A DNA stretch of 58,889 nt, the filler included, from Porpidia crustulata (Eukaryota): the NCBI GenBank assembly GCA_964255105.1. It is 6 parts of 6 records of this genome, joined end to end, with 100 filler letters (N's around TTAATTAATTAA, not from the genome) between each part and the next. Parts side by side here need not be neighbours in the genome. Positions count along the whole stretch, not along the records: positions 9,859 to 19,591 come from CAXUWE010000893.1; positions 19,692 to 29,422 come from CAXUWE010000894.1; 4 more parts are not named here. The stretch is one strand, 5' to 3'. Position numbers and translations under genes: made by a program. Numbering within the stretch: the first letter of the stretch is position 1; every line of letters starts with the position of its first letter. This document shows, in pieces, positions 12,801-25,279 of the stretch. The notes beneath the pieces were generated by a model, which saw only the letters and a list, made by a program, of their open reading frames with translations, had not been told where the DNA came from and did not search any database.

Positions 12801-15658
12801 GTACAGCCCAGCTCCGCATGTAATCTCACACCGCTTATTTCTTGACCTTTCATTGCTGTTCGTGAAACACTTCGGCGATCATTACTGTTAGCCGGCTTTT
12901 GAGCGTTTCCACGGCCAGGGCGAAAATCAGGAGTGCCATAAGACGTCGGAACGGCAGCCGTACGAGTCTCTTCGTACAAACCAGTATCATCCTCTACTCG
13001 TGACAAATCAACTTCTTGTTCAAGATCCTCCACTGGCTTCACATATATAGTTTTGCCAGTTCTTGAAAGTTTTGGCAGCCCTGCTATAGGATCGATATAC
13101 TCTGTAAGGAGATCGTAACCACTGTCTCCGTCGACTCGTTCTGGTGGTGGAGGTAGGAGATCCATGGGTTCAGGATATAGACGCAAAGTCGGGGCAGGAT
13201 GGTAAGTAGACTCAGCGTCCAAAGTCACGATCATCACACTGCCCCTCCAGAACTCACGTTCGGTGCTTGAACTAGTATTGCGAGTGCTCGTGTTCTGCTG
13301 TCTATCTCTTTTCAGGCCAGTGTAGCGGAGCAATGGACCACACTTGAGATACAATGGCGGATCGAAAGCAGCGGTTTTGGGGACTGCACGTACGCGGATA
13401 GACCGCATACTTCTGATTAGCTCTTTGCTCATGTATGGCTTGCAAATATGATCTGGGTGATAAATATCATGCTCGGAAAGATAGGAACATGAATAAGAAT
13501 ACGCAGAAGTCAGACTAAGATTTGGATTTCCCCCCGAACGAGGCAATCGAAATGGAATTGGATTCTTGGGCCAGAGATGCTTATGAGCGTTGCCCCTGAG
13601 CAAGACTTCCCCAACATATGGCCTTACGCGAGACTCATCGAATACCCGTGGTGAAAGTTCTGTTGGATCTGACGATTGCAATTCTACATTGGAAAAGGGA
13701 AATTGATTCATACCGTAGTCTTCTCTGTAATTCTTATCCGTTGACTGCGATCCAATACCAAAGTCTTTCCTTGCGGCCGTTGAGGTCCGCTGACTCCCAC
13801 TTCTGCCGCCCTCCCACCATGCGCTTTGCTTAGTCGTGGCGCTATCTGGCGCATCGTAGTCTGCTGTGGTAAGCCGTGCTGTACCGCCCTGTCTCCACTC
13901 GTCCAAATGTCTTGGCTCTGCTTCAATGTTGCGGGATTGCTCGACTGTATTCTTATCGCCATGATGCAGAATGTCGGACAGATGGTGCCGATGATGGCCT
14001 GGTGTCTCAACAGTATCCCTTTGATTGCTGCCGAAACCAACCTTCTGCCGGTTTCCTACCCTGGCAGCAGTCTGAGGTGGGATTTGGTATTTGCTAGCCT
14101 GACTGTAACCTGAAACCGCATTTTTTGGCAGGAGATCGGGTGCACCACCATAATCCGCAGTAGAACGACCGTTTTGAAATGGCTGGCTTCTCTCATTAAA
14201 TAGGTGCTGCTGCTGCGTCGGAACCTGTTTTGAAGATTGATTGCCCATGACTGGTTGTTCTTCACTGTATCCCCCCTTCTGTGCTTGCTGTGTTTCCCTC
14301 GTCAAAGTAGGTCCGTCTAATCGAGATCCCGCAGCCCTTTGATCAGGACGGTCAGATCGCTTGATCCTTTGGTCAGGTCTACTATCTAGAATGTCGTCTG
14401 GACTGTTAATTGATTTGCTACCCTCGAACCTTACGCCTCGTCCTGGCTGTGGATCTAATCCTGCAACATCAGGAGCTCTTCCAGAGGTATTTCGTACACG
14501 ATCTCGAGTTCCGTTTTGATCGGCCTTGATAGGAGTCTCTTGATATTCAGCTTCTTGGTACAAGCCCCTCTGTAGGGAATCTACTGGCCATTGAGAACTA
14601 GTGTTGTTACTGTCTATGATGCGATCGCGTTTAGTTGGTAGATTATCTGTAATTTTTCCAGCTTCCTGAAAGATTGGCCCTCCTTGGGCCTCCCTATGCT
14701 GGCCTGATGAAACTCTCCTACTCCGAGACCCAGTGTCTGCTGAAACGTGTCTAGACGATGTGCGCTTGGGAGAAGGGTCCACTTCTGCGCTCACCCTGCG
14801 GCGTCCACCATTAGACAGTGATTCCTTCAGACGCTGCTCGGCCTCCTCCACGCGAGCTCGTTTCTCTTCCTTGCTTATGTCATGGAATTTTGCCTCGAGG
14901 TTCTGCAATGGCGAGCGGTCTACCGCATACTCCGAGCGCGGCTCCACTACGCCAGCAGTACTACGATTGGTGTTCGAACGAGAAGGAGCGGACTGAGCGT
15001 CTTTGTATTTACCGGAAACGTTCCTTAGGGTGACTTGACTTGGAGAATTTGGGTTGGGATTTTGAGTCTGTCTTTGCGTAGCGATGCTTGGCGATTGCTG
15101 TTGAACAGTTTGGCCGGTAGATGGAGACTCGAAGGATGTCCCGACCGCAGGGTTGGCTGAAAAGTCTACACCCGACGAATGGTTGACGCTTCCACGCCGT
15201 TTGTGTCCAGTGACGTGATCAGCTGAGGTCCGATCATGTGGCCCTACATCGTTTCTTGGTATGTTTGTGGGGATGAAATCCACGTCCCCGGGCAATGCGC
15301 GAGCACGTGCGGCAAACGATGTTGAACTACTATCTCTAGAGCTGCTGGTATGGCCATTCACATAAGGGTCGCGATATGATACAGGTGGAGCTCTTGGAAC
15401 TTCAGGGGCTGGAGGTTGTGGGAAACTCTCCAGCTGCGCCTTCTCGTTCGAAGCCGATCCACTTGTTCTTCGCCTTCGAGAGCTCTTCCTTGCCATGCCA
15501 TTTTCCACTGCATTGTTCGGAAGGGGAGACCGGTTGAGCTCATCGGCAGGAGGGACTGAGGACAGTAGAGGATACTTTGGATCCACTTTCAATGGCTCTC
15601 GTAGTATAGGAGGACCCGGAGCATAGTGCGAAAGCTGTGGTTCCTGCCGAGTCTCCAT
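9859..15658 (-). CDS. PhoD-like (alkaline phosphatase D family) metallophosphatase-domain protein with long disordered N-terminus; multi-exon, 3' end truncated by contig edge
   Basis: ATG at 15658. Motifs LKCGPLLRY, MFHSCNGFS, GPDPLWRDVL, MIGGGDQIYND, NLWDDH-DIIDGYGSY, DDLDDHW and GDVHLAAVG are spread over ORFs separated by GT-AG introns (e.g. 12641-12589). Confidence 0.85.
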
Positions 15659-16503
15659 ATCCTTGTTGATATCTTTCTTCAAATCGCGTTACAGTATTGC
15701 AGTAGGGACCCGAATTCAATCCAAAAGAGAAGCTCGGAAGTTGTTTGTTGACAAGCGCGGCAATCTACATAGAAGCCACGGGACAACGCATCACAGCGAG
15801 TGTGGGTACACAAGGGCGCCAGGACAGATATACCTGCAGAACGAGGTTCGAAGACATTACTGCTGATATTGGGATATTGACCGACTGAAGACGACGAGTA
15901 TGGGGGCGTAGAATGGGCTTCGACACCGAAAACAAGTACTCGTAAAGCCGTCCACCCGTCAAGGACGTCAAGCCTAACCAAGAGAGCCTTAGATAGAGAG
16001 CCTACAGAGCCTACAGAGCCTAGAGATCGACCAAGGGCGATCCCGACCGCTAGCTGAAGAAAGATCGAAAGGGCCATAGAGACTTAGAGAGGGCCCCCCC
16101 CTGTCAGCCTTCTCAGCGCCCAAATTGCGCCCCAAGCGCCTTCAGTGCCAAAACAGTCAAAAAAGGACACGATCTGTCTGGGGTGCTTGGCAACGTTCTG
16201 CATCCACAACGTTAAACTCATCAGTTTTTTCCACGTAGAACTCCATCAAATTCAAAAGCAACAAACAAAGCCATTGGTACTCGACCGTCACATTCCTCAG
16301 GACTTTATTTTGCAGCCCTACAACTGAGGTCCTACTGACGTGGAGCGAGTTTCACGTCAGCATTAACAAAGGGAATTGGGGCAACGTATGCGGCACTAGG
16401 TCACACAGGCCTCTCAAGAGATTTCGAAATAAATACAGCTACCGGTAGTGCTTCGAGACGATATAGATTTTTATCCATGGCGGTTTGCTGAGCAATTGTG
16501 AAG

Positions 16504-19159
16504 ATGCGAATCGCTCAATGCCTCTGGTTGCTGGCTCTTGCTTGCGGATCTTTCGCCGCAAACCTCCACGCTCGAAATCATGATACTCACGAGTACTACG
16601 CACTACATCTCCAGCCAGGTGCGCTACCTCAACAGATAGCCTCGGTACTTGGTCTTGATTATCAAGGCAAACTTGGCGAGCTTCCAGACCATCATACCTT
16701 TTCATCACCTCGGACGAGGGAGCATGGAGCGGATGGCATCCTCGATCTACTGCGAAGGCGGCGGAAGAAGCGAGATATCTCAGCTAGTGTGGGCGTTCTC
16801 GACAAAATTCTCTGGTCCCAGAAGCAGAAGGTGAAGCCACAGATGCACAAGAGAACAACCATACCCCCTCCACCAGCTCGAGATGGACCACACGGAGGGG
16901 GAGCAGAAAGTGGAGGGAAGGCTAATCCGGAAGCCGGAAAACTCATTGTCGTACCCAACGCTCCTCCAGGCAAGCCAGTTGCGGTGCAAGCGGCAGTAGC
17001 TACAAGGGATGAGATTGCCAGAAAGCTCAATATAGAAGATCCCATCTTTGGCGACCAATGGCATCTCTTCAATACTGTTCAATTGGGCCACGATATAAAT
17101 GTGACTAGTGTATGGACGCAAGGCATTACTGGTCACAATGCTACAGTCGTGATGGTCGACGATGGCATCGACATGTACAGCGACGACCTGAAAGACAACT
17201 ACTTTGCTGCAGGATCATACGACTTCAATGACAATACAGATGAGCCTAAACCGCGCCTCTCAGACGACAGACACGGTACAAGGTGTGCTGGCGAGATTGC
17301 TGCCGTCAGGAACGGTGTGTGCGGAGTCGGAGTGGCATACAATGCTAAGATTGGAGGACTTCGTATCCTGTCGAAAGTTATCGCAGACGACGACGAGGCC
17401 GTGGCGATGAACTACGCGTACCAGGAGAATCAAATTTACTCTTGTTCATGGGGCCCTCCAGACGACGGTATGTCTATGGACGCTCCAGGAATTCTTATTC
17501 AAAGGGCCATGGTCAATGCTGTGCAGAATGGCCGTGGAGGAAAAGGAAATATATTCGTCTTCGCCGCGGGGAATGGAGCCGGTGCGGGGGATAATTGTAA
17601 TTTTGATGGCTACACAAACAGTATTTACAGCATCACAGTGGGGGCCATCGATCGGAAAGGCTTACATCCATATTACTCCGAGAAATGTTCGGCACAGTTG
17701 GTGGTGACGTACAGCAGTGGAAGCGGTGATGCGATTCATACCACAGACGTTGGCGTCAATGCGTGCTATGAGAACCATGGTGGAACGTCTGCGGCAGCGC
17801 CATTGGGGGCAGGCGTTTTCGCCCTCGCGTTATCAATCCGCCCCGAACTTACGTGGCGGGACTTGCAGAATATCCTTGTTGAGACTGCAGTACCCATCAA
17901 CGAAGAGGAAGAACGGGAAGAATGGGACACAACATATATAGGGAAGAAGTTCAGTCATACCTACGGCTATGGAAAACTTGACGCCTACCGCGTCGTTGAA
18001 AAGGCCAAGGACATTGAGCTTCTCAAACCACAAGCTTGGTTTAAATCGCCATGGTTGCATGTAAAGCACAAGATTCCAGAAGGAGTCGAAGGTTTGTTGA
18101 GCTCGTTCGAAGTCACCGAAGCCGATATGAAGAAAGCCAACTTAGAAAGACTTGAACATGTCACCGTAACCATGAACATTGAACATACCCGACGTGGAGA
18201 TCTCAGCGTCGAGCTACGAAGCCCCACCAACATGGTGTCACATCTGAGTGTAGTTCGAAAACTTGATGAAACGACTTCAGGCTACATCGATTGGACGTTC
18301 TCCTCCGTAGCTCACTGGTAAGCATATAAATCGCCCACTTTATTACCAGACCTTTGTATTAACTCATCTGGATTCTAGGGGCGAACCCGGCAACGGCACC
18401 TGGAGTGTTCTAGTAAAAGACACAGAGATCAATGCCTACAACGGCACCTTCACAGACTGGCGTCTGACCCTCTGGGGCGAATGCATTGATCCTACCGATC
18501 AACCACTTCTTCCCATGCCTACAGAAACAGACGACGACGACCACGACATTATCACCGCTTCCGCTTCCATCCACCCCATTACCACAGGAACCAGCACGGA
18601 AGCAGGACTTTCGGCGAACCCATCCGACCATCAGGATAGGCCTACCAAGCCTACAGACGTGGACGCAGAGTTGAGTGTCTCTAGCACCGCCGACCCAACA
18701 TCCACGATTCCGTCCTCTACATCCAGCCCACCCAACTCAACCACCTCGGCCGAAACCTCAGCCACCGCAACATCCGAGCACTTCCTTCCCCACTACTTCC
18801 CCACCTTCGGCGTCTCCAAGCACACCCAGATCTGGATATACGGTTCCCTCCTCCTCATCCTCCTCTTCTGCGCCGGCCTCGGCACCTACTTCTACCTCCA
18901 GAACAAAAAGCGCAAGCAAGCGAGTCGCCGCGAAGACTACGAGTTCGAGATGATCGAGGAGGAGGAGGCGTTGAACGGCGCAAAGGGAGGAAAAGGGCCG
19001 AAGAAGAGGAGGGCGGGCGAGCTATACGATGCATTTGCGGGGGAGAGCGATGAGGACGAGGGGTTGTTGAGTGAGGGCGAGGAAGGGGTGGAGGGGTATA
19101 GAGATGAGGATGAAGGGGAGGAGAGAGGGAGGAGCAAAAGCAGGGATGGGGAAAAATGA
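16504..19159 (+). CDS. KEX2: Kexin (Kex2/KexB) subtilisin-like proprotein convertase; exons 16504-18317, 18379-19159
   Basis: Signal peptide and dibasic propeptide sites. Catalytic motifs VDDG, HGTRCAGE, AAGNG and GGTSAAAP. P-domain (HTRRGDL), Ser/Thr-rich linker, TM helix and acidic tail with YEF. Confidence 0.96.
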
Positions 19160-19497
19160 GGATTGGTGTTTGGGAAAATTTGGTGTGGCCTGGTCAGCAT
19201 TGATATCTTGGGTGCATGTATTGGAGTCTTGTCTCAGGAACGCAGCTGCATTGGTACTACTAGTTTCGATTGATCATCTACCGTATACTAGATGAGCATA
19301 CTTCGAGACCACGAGGTCCCGCTATGGAGACTTTCTTGCCATTAACGATGCTAAATGCTGTAAACCGAAACTGTCATCTCATCAAACCGTCATGCCGCAT
19401 GCTACCCTATGCAGCCAAACGCCGCTCAAAATTCTAACCCGCAATGCAGGATAACTCACAAACATCCTTAACACATTTATCCCAACTGTAGAACCAA

Positions 19498-19591
19498 TCA
19501 CGATGTCTCCTTCAAGCCCCCGCACCCGTTGCAAGTCCACCACTCCGCCTCCATCCAATTCCCGCACCGCCCGCACAGCCACCCGAGTGGC
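19498..19591 (-). CDS. C-terminal fragment of a gene ending in a RanBP2-type zinc finger, probably a Wss1/WLM metalloprotease (5' part lost at contig edge)
   Basis: Frame absent from the ORF track reads PLGWLCGRCGNWMEAEWWTCNGCGGLKETS*, a W-x-C-x2-C...W-x-C-x2-C finger like the C-termini I recall for filamentous-fungal WLM proteins. Confidence 0.55.
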
Positions 19592-19691
19592 NNNNNNNNN
19601 NNNNNNNNNNNNNNNNNNNNNNNNNNNNNNNNNNNTTAATTAATTAANNNNNNNNNNNNNNNNNNNNNNNNNNNNNNNNNNNNNNNNNNNN
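19592..19691. other. Artificial contig linker
   Basis: N44-TTAATTAATTAA-N44. Confidence 0.98.
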
Positions 19692-20952
19692 CGGTAGGAG
19701 GGGGCATAAAATCTGGACGTGGTAGTGATTCTCGACGACGAGGGAAGGGAAAGGGTGTCAGCGGTCCTGATGGAGTACGAGAATGCGGGCGAAGCGTCCC
19801 CGGAGGGAGGATACGACGACGCTTCGAATCCGGGCTTGAGGGATAAGCCGTCTCTGGGCCGCGTTTGAATTGTGGGGATGCCAGCGTCAGAGCGCTTAGG
19901 TTGCTGCTGGCGGTCGTGACGTGTCTAGTTCGAAAGTTCGCAGCACTTTGGCTCTGAGGGCTGCTGAGGTTTTGCAGAAAGCGGTGGGCACTGGAGCCAG
20001 ACGCAGGGGTCGATGGGGGTCGGCTGGGAGAGTAGAGGGTTGAGGGGGTATTGGCGGTAAAAGTAGGACCCGAGAGCATGCCAGGCGTTGTAATGCTGCG
20101 GCCGCCGCATTTTAGGCACCGGCGGTTTTCGCTGTCAATGCTGGAAGATGCAGAGGACGAAGGATTGGAATTCGAGATGCTACCGTTGCGGCCGCTGCGG
20201 CGGGGTTGGTAGCGATAATCGGGATACTGTTTTTGGTGGCGGAGTTTTTCTTCCTGTTTAATGGTTAGTGATTGTAACCTCTCTCAAAGTCGAGATCTTG
20301 ACGTACATCAGCCAGGATCTTCCAATGATTCTTGACTTCGGGTGATGAAGATCTCCAATGGTCTCCAATCACCTTTGAGATTTCAGGATTTGCAAGACCG
20401 GGATTCTGTGAGACTACAGTAGCTTGATGATGTTGGCGGTATAGAATGAATGCTTTGTAAGGATGAGTTAGTAGAGGTAGTTATAAAGAGCATTAACAAA
20501 TGATCATATAGAGTTGAATAATGTATGAATCCAACGAAAAGATATTGCGTACCATTTCTTGGTCTGGGAACCTTCGGATCTGGCTGACAGAGACAGATCT
20601 GGCTTGGTGATTCTCCTTGCCATGACATCGGACTGCCTTTAGAGGTTGATGAGAAGTGTCGTTGCCATTGAGTAGTGTCGCCACTGGATGCCTGAGAAGA
20701 CGATCGCTTGCGAGTCTTGGGCGGATCTTCATAATCTTCCATCGATTCTACACTAGGAGATACTCTCTCCGCGGCAGGCGACGAGCTCTTCTCGGACGAT
20801 GCAGGGCTTCTACTCTTTTCTCTGTTGTCGTTATCCTTCTCATTCGCCATGGCCATTGGTTGAAGCAGTGCTTCTGGCTCAATAAACCAGGATCTTGAAT
20901 GATTCTGGTTTGTAAGTGCTAAAGGTGGAGGAAGGACTCGATGGTAGGACAT
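19692..20952 (-). CDS. HMG-box transcription factor, Rox1/Rfg1-like; exons 20952-20553, 20452-20307, 20253 to contig edge (3' truncated)
   Basis: Spliced product PKVPRPRN|AFILYRQHHQATVVSQNPGLANPEISKVIGDHWR...LAD|EEKLRHQKQYPDYRYQPRR is a canonical sequence-specific HMG box. Confidence 0.9.
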
Positions 20953-21506
20953 CAGGTCAGATGATAATACATTGATGGTGGCACAGTATAGAGGAATAAT
21001 TCTTTGATGCTCAAAGCGCATTCATCTATGCGGATTGTCAGATCCAGGTGGAATGTGAAGAAACCTCTGTTTCTTTGTATGGATCCTCCCCTCTAATTGG
21101 TCAGACATAGCGTCCTTGGTTCCTTGTTCAGTCCTGGAAGCTAACGGCTGTTGCTAGTAATTGAGCCAGTTGGTTGCGGATGCTGCGAGCAGGATTTTCA
21201 TGTGGTGTTCTTTGTTCATTGTTTGAGGCTCGTTCAGCCGGAAGCGGGAAAATGGACTGTGAGACATTACTATCAGTGAGCCAATGCAAGAATGCGACAA
21301 AGAATGTAAGCAAGCACTCAAAGGCAAACAATCATTGGTCAGATCGACTATGGTCTCAGCTTTTGGTTTTGATATCCCGTGGATGGCGAGGGCGACAAAC
21401 GAGTCATCCAGTCTTTCAAGTCACGGACAGCAAACATGGTAACCTGGAGTGAGCTCATTATTTTCAGCTCTTCTGCGCAAAATCACGACTTGAAGAATAC
21501 TTCGTT

Positions 21507-22454
21507 TCAAATATTCCGAAGGCCTTGGATGACTTCTCCAAAGTCTTCCATGTCTACACGTCCACTCGTAGTGTTATCTACCCATTCTGCTAGACTGTTG
21601 GTGATCTTCAATCCTCTGTTCTCCAATACCACAAATAAGCAACCCAGAGCAACCACTCGCGCGGGGAAAAGAGTCGCAAGTTGAAAGTTCTTACATCTAT
21701 CAACCCACTGTCAGCTCGAGCCCTCATGAAGCCAAATTCTCAGCAGAGTACGCACGCTTGCACGGCTTTCGCTTTGCATGCCCTTCCGATTCCGGTATCC
21801 ATTCCCGTGACAACACCATATTCCTCCCGTTCCTCTTTCCCCCATGCTCCATAATCTTCGCCCGCGCTTGCAGCATCCTCCAAACTGCGTTCTAGGTACC
21901 GCGGTATGTAGTCTATTGGGAGAGGAATGCGTAGCGCAAAGGCAAGCACCCGCAATAAGACCAATTCTGCCTGGACAAGCGTTGCACGAAGAGTATCGTA
22001 TGTCTCGGATGGGATAACGAGAGGTTTCGCTACAGGGTTGGAAGATACTGGGGAGCGTTGATCCGGATTATGGAGGAGAGAATGAGCGGGCAAAAGAAAC
22101 TCGCGCAAGCGGCGAGGGTTTTCTGTAGATTTTGAGGCCAGCGACAGACTGGCTAGGGCAAGAGTCTAGGGTAAATGGCTTTGGTGAGTAACAACACAAT
22201 TAGTTGCGTCTGACTCAGGGACACAGACGTACGGATCTAAAAGAGGCGTTTCTGCAGATCTTTCAAATCGCTTGTATCTGTTGAAGTACATGTAGGACAT
22301 CGCAAGAGTCTCGTCTGGGCTACAAGGAGGGACTGCGTGAGCTTGGAGATGCCAATCATCCATAGTGAAAATTAATATGCATATTGAGAACTTACAGGCG
22401 GAGGATATCAGCCATCGTGTCTGTGAACGAGACGGAATCCTTGGGAGATAACAT
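21507..22454 (-). CDS. Transcriptional cyclin-like protein (cyclin K/L, Ctk2-like), 4 exons
   Basis: Spliced reading MLSPKDSVSFTDTMADILRLPDETLAMSYMYFNRY...TLALASLSLASKSTENPRRLREFL...LVQAELVLLRVLAF...QLATLFPARVVALGCL gives cyclin-box helices. Confidence 0.8.
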
Positions 22455-25279
22455 GGCCGATTAGATCTTCGTTCAGCTGAATCTGAGGCTTATGGCACTG
22501 AGAGACGTACGTCAATGCGCTGGTGACACAAAGATCCAACATACTCCTCAACAGTGGCATTGTCCACACAGCCCTAACCCTAGGCGGCTTGTCCATTATC
22601 GGGGGCAGGCACTAGCTCCTCGTCCTTTCATTTCCCCTATCACTGAACTCTCAGATTATTCTACTACCAGCTTCTTTCGGAACAGGAGCAAATCCAACTT
22701 CTAGCGGTTGGGTGCCCAGCGGGTACCTCTCATCGTGCAAAACATGGACCTGTGGAAGAAAATACGTCGATTATAAGCAACCTGTTCCTGGCGTCTGGCG
22801 TTGTGTTCTCAACCCTGAATAAACAATTACGTCCTATTTCGAGCATCTTTTCCAATTTCAGTCCTTGAAGATCCCTCATCGAGCTCTTCCTATACACTGG
22901 TCGTTCAGGTGCATTGATTCTATTATTTGAATACCGCTCTCGTAGAGAAAAAATTCATTGAAACCTGTCTTGGAAATTGACGAAAAATGCTAGCCTCTGT
23001 TCTACCGTCCTTTGATGCAAATACAAAAAACGCTGCTCACTATTAATGTAGCACAGGATTTTCAGATGATCTTCTGTGCGAACAATGTCTTGCAACTTTG
23101 CAAAGCTTATGAAGCCTCATTCCACAGAGTGTTGACTCCCCTTCTCCGCGACATTTACTCATACCATAGCCCAAATCTAGCTTCCCACGATTGCAACCCC
23201 TGCTCTTTTCCATTCGTGACAGCTTTAGGCGCGTTTTCGCAGTTTCTCTTGACGTCGCTGTTACTGATATAAGTGAAAGTCCACTGGTTTCCTTCTGAGG
23301 GGAAGAGACCGATGCTACTGGGCTAAGTCCGGCCGATGTGCATGTACCGAAGACAGACGTGAAGACTGGACTACGTATCTCCTGAAGTGTGAGCTTTGAT
23401 TAGGCCATTCTCATCGCCCTTATAGCATGTGGAACAGCGGGAGGGCAAAGCCATGATCCGCTATGGTTGCCAATAACAAAACTTACCTAATAAGATCAGT
23501 ATGTATCGCTCGTTGTCCCCATGTTTACATGTCTTCGCATCTCACTTTCCGTAAGAGTCGGGTCTAGCATCCGTCGATATCAACACTTAATTAAAATCCA
23601 GGAAAGATTTTGCACTGCTCATATGCGCGGTTCTCTCGAAAAACTTGATGTCCGGATGTATAGTTGGCTTTTCTCCAAGTTGTCAGCTCCTTGTCGGGAA
23701 ACGCAACAATATCCTGTAAATGCTCCGCGAGATCTTTTTACAAGTCTAATGGTCCACCGTAGCAAAAAGATATTTCGGAGGTAGGCTCAAATGCGTTATG
23801 GGTCTTACAGGTTTCGGGCAGTGATATATTGATGTTCTAGGACGCCGATGTAGTTGAAGCTTAACAGGTCATAAAATCTAAAGCTACATTTCCGTGAAAA
23901 ATACATGGCGTGTTTGGACATATGCATTTTAGCCTGACACATGTGTGCACTCATGGGTGTGTGGGCGTGCCAAGTCATAGGATACCTCAAATATAAACTT
24001 CAAAGCAAAGCTCGAAAATTCACAATGCTCCGTTTGAAGCCCTATGAAGGTTTTCGGTCTACGAAACTTGAATTGCTCACATGTTCCACTTCAATTAACG
24101 AATTGCACAAGGACTCGATGGCGCAGTTGTGCAGATGGTTAACCAAATCGGCCATCAAGCCTTTAAAGAGGATTGAACTGTCGAAAGATATAAACATTGG
24201 AATACGCAAGAGATGAGCAGATGTTAGTTTATCCAATCGATGAACATGAATAAGACTTTAATAGCGGATCTAAATACAGGAAAGGTATCTAATTACGTGC
24301 GAATATATCTTGAGCTGAGTTTTGCAGTCGATCTTCCGGTCACGTAAGTTGGGATATAGAGACTATGAGAACTTCTAGGACTCACAGGCTGGAAGCTTTG
24401 TCAAGGATTCATTCACATACAGAGCTACAAGAAGACATAGTCCTTGGTCGTCTTCAAAAAGAACAAAGACAGATACGGTCGACCAGCATTCGATATTGAC
24501 ATATCTGCCTTAAGAAGCCTTAGCCAAAGGACAACAGGACACCCGCTCCTACTTGGTTTGAAGAGGCTTCTATCTGGATGAACTCACGGTGGTATACATT
24601 TGGGGGCTGACTAGAGATAAGATATGATCGTAGAATAAGCGCTTAGATGGCAGCAAGCGAAAATACGCGCTTTTGCCGCCTCCTGTTCCAGACTGCTTTT
24701 GGGAGGAATTGATATCGATATCATGTTCCTGGACTGTCATCACTATCGGGGCTTGATGTGGTACCCATAGAGAGATTCGGTATGTCAACCGTATAACGTT
24801 GCTGTACGTATCCCGTTCTTCTTTCTAATTTGGCGGCTAGAATTTCTAAGTCTTTGCGTGCACGTGTAAGTGAGCCTAAACTCAATCGTTTATCCATTTA
24901 CTGGGACGTCAAGATCACACTGAGTTGTACTTGAGTGATCTTGACTCTTGTCGTATGTTCAGTAACACGAATTTTGTGCCTTTCACACACATTTTCAAAT
25001 TAAGCCTCATCGGCTGATAAATGAAATACAAGATTGCAATGACCCCAAAAGCGCTAGGTAGGAGGCAAGCCAGGCCATTGTTCTTGATCAGGTAGTTCTT
25101 CTTATTTCCAACTTATCCACCTTGCGGAACGAAACGCAAAAGTACACCTGTTGATTGTAATTTGGGTACCACTTCGTTCTCCGTCATAGGGAATACCTCG
25201 AAAGCAGCCAGCCCCTGCTTTGGAATCGTACCTCATACCATCTGCTTCGACTTAATCCAGAAAATAGATATCAGACATA

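Noticed and set aside
15990..16026. Short AGAGCCTAC tandem repeat and the 132-aa ORF 15679-16077
   Set aside because: Only about three units in the PhoD/KEX2 intergenic region, and the ORF has no recognisable domain.
22455..25279. Short ORFs in the 2.8-kb cyclin/SNF2 intergenic region
   Set aside because: No recognisable motifs, coherent exon chain or transposon hallmarks found by eye.
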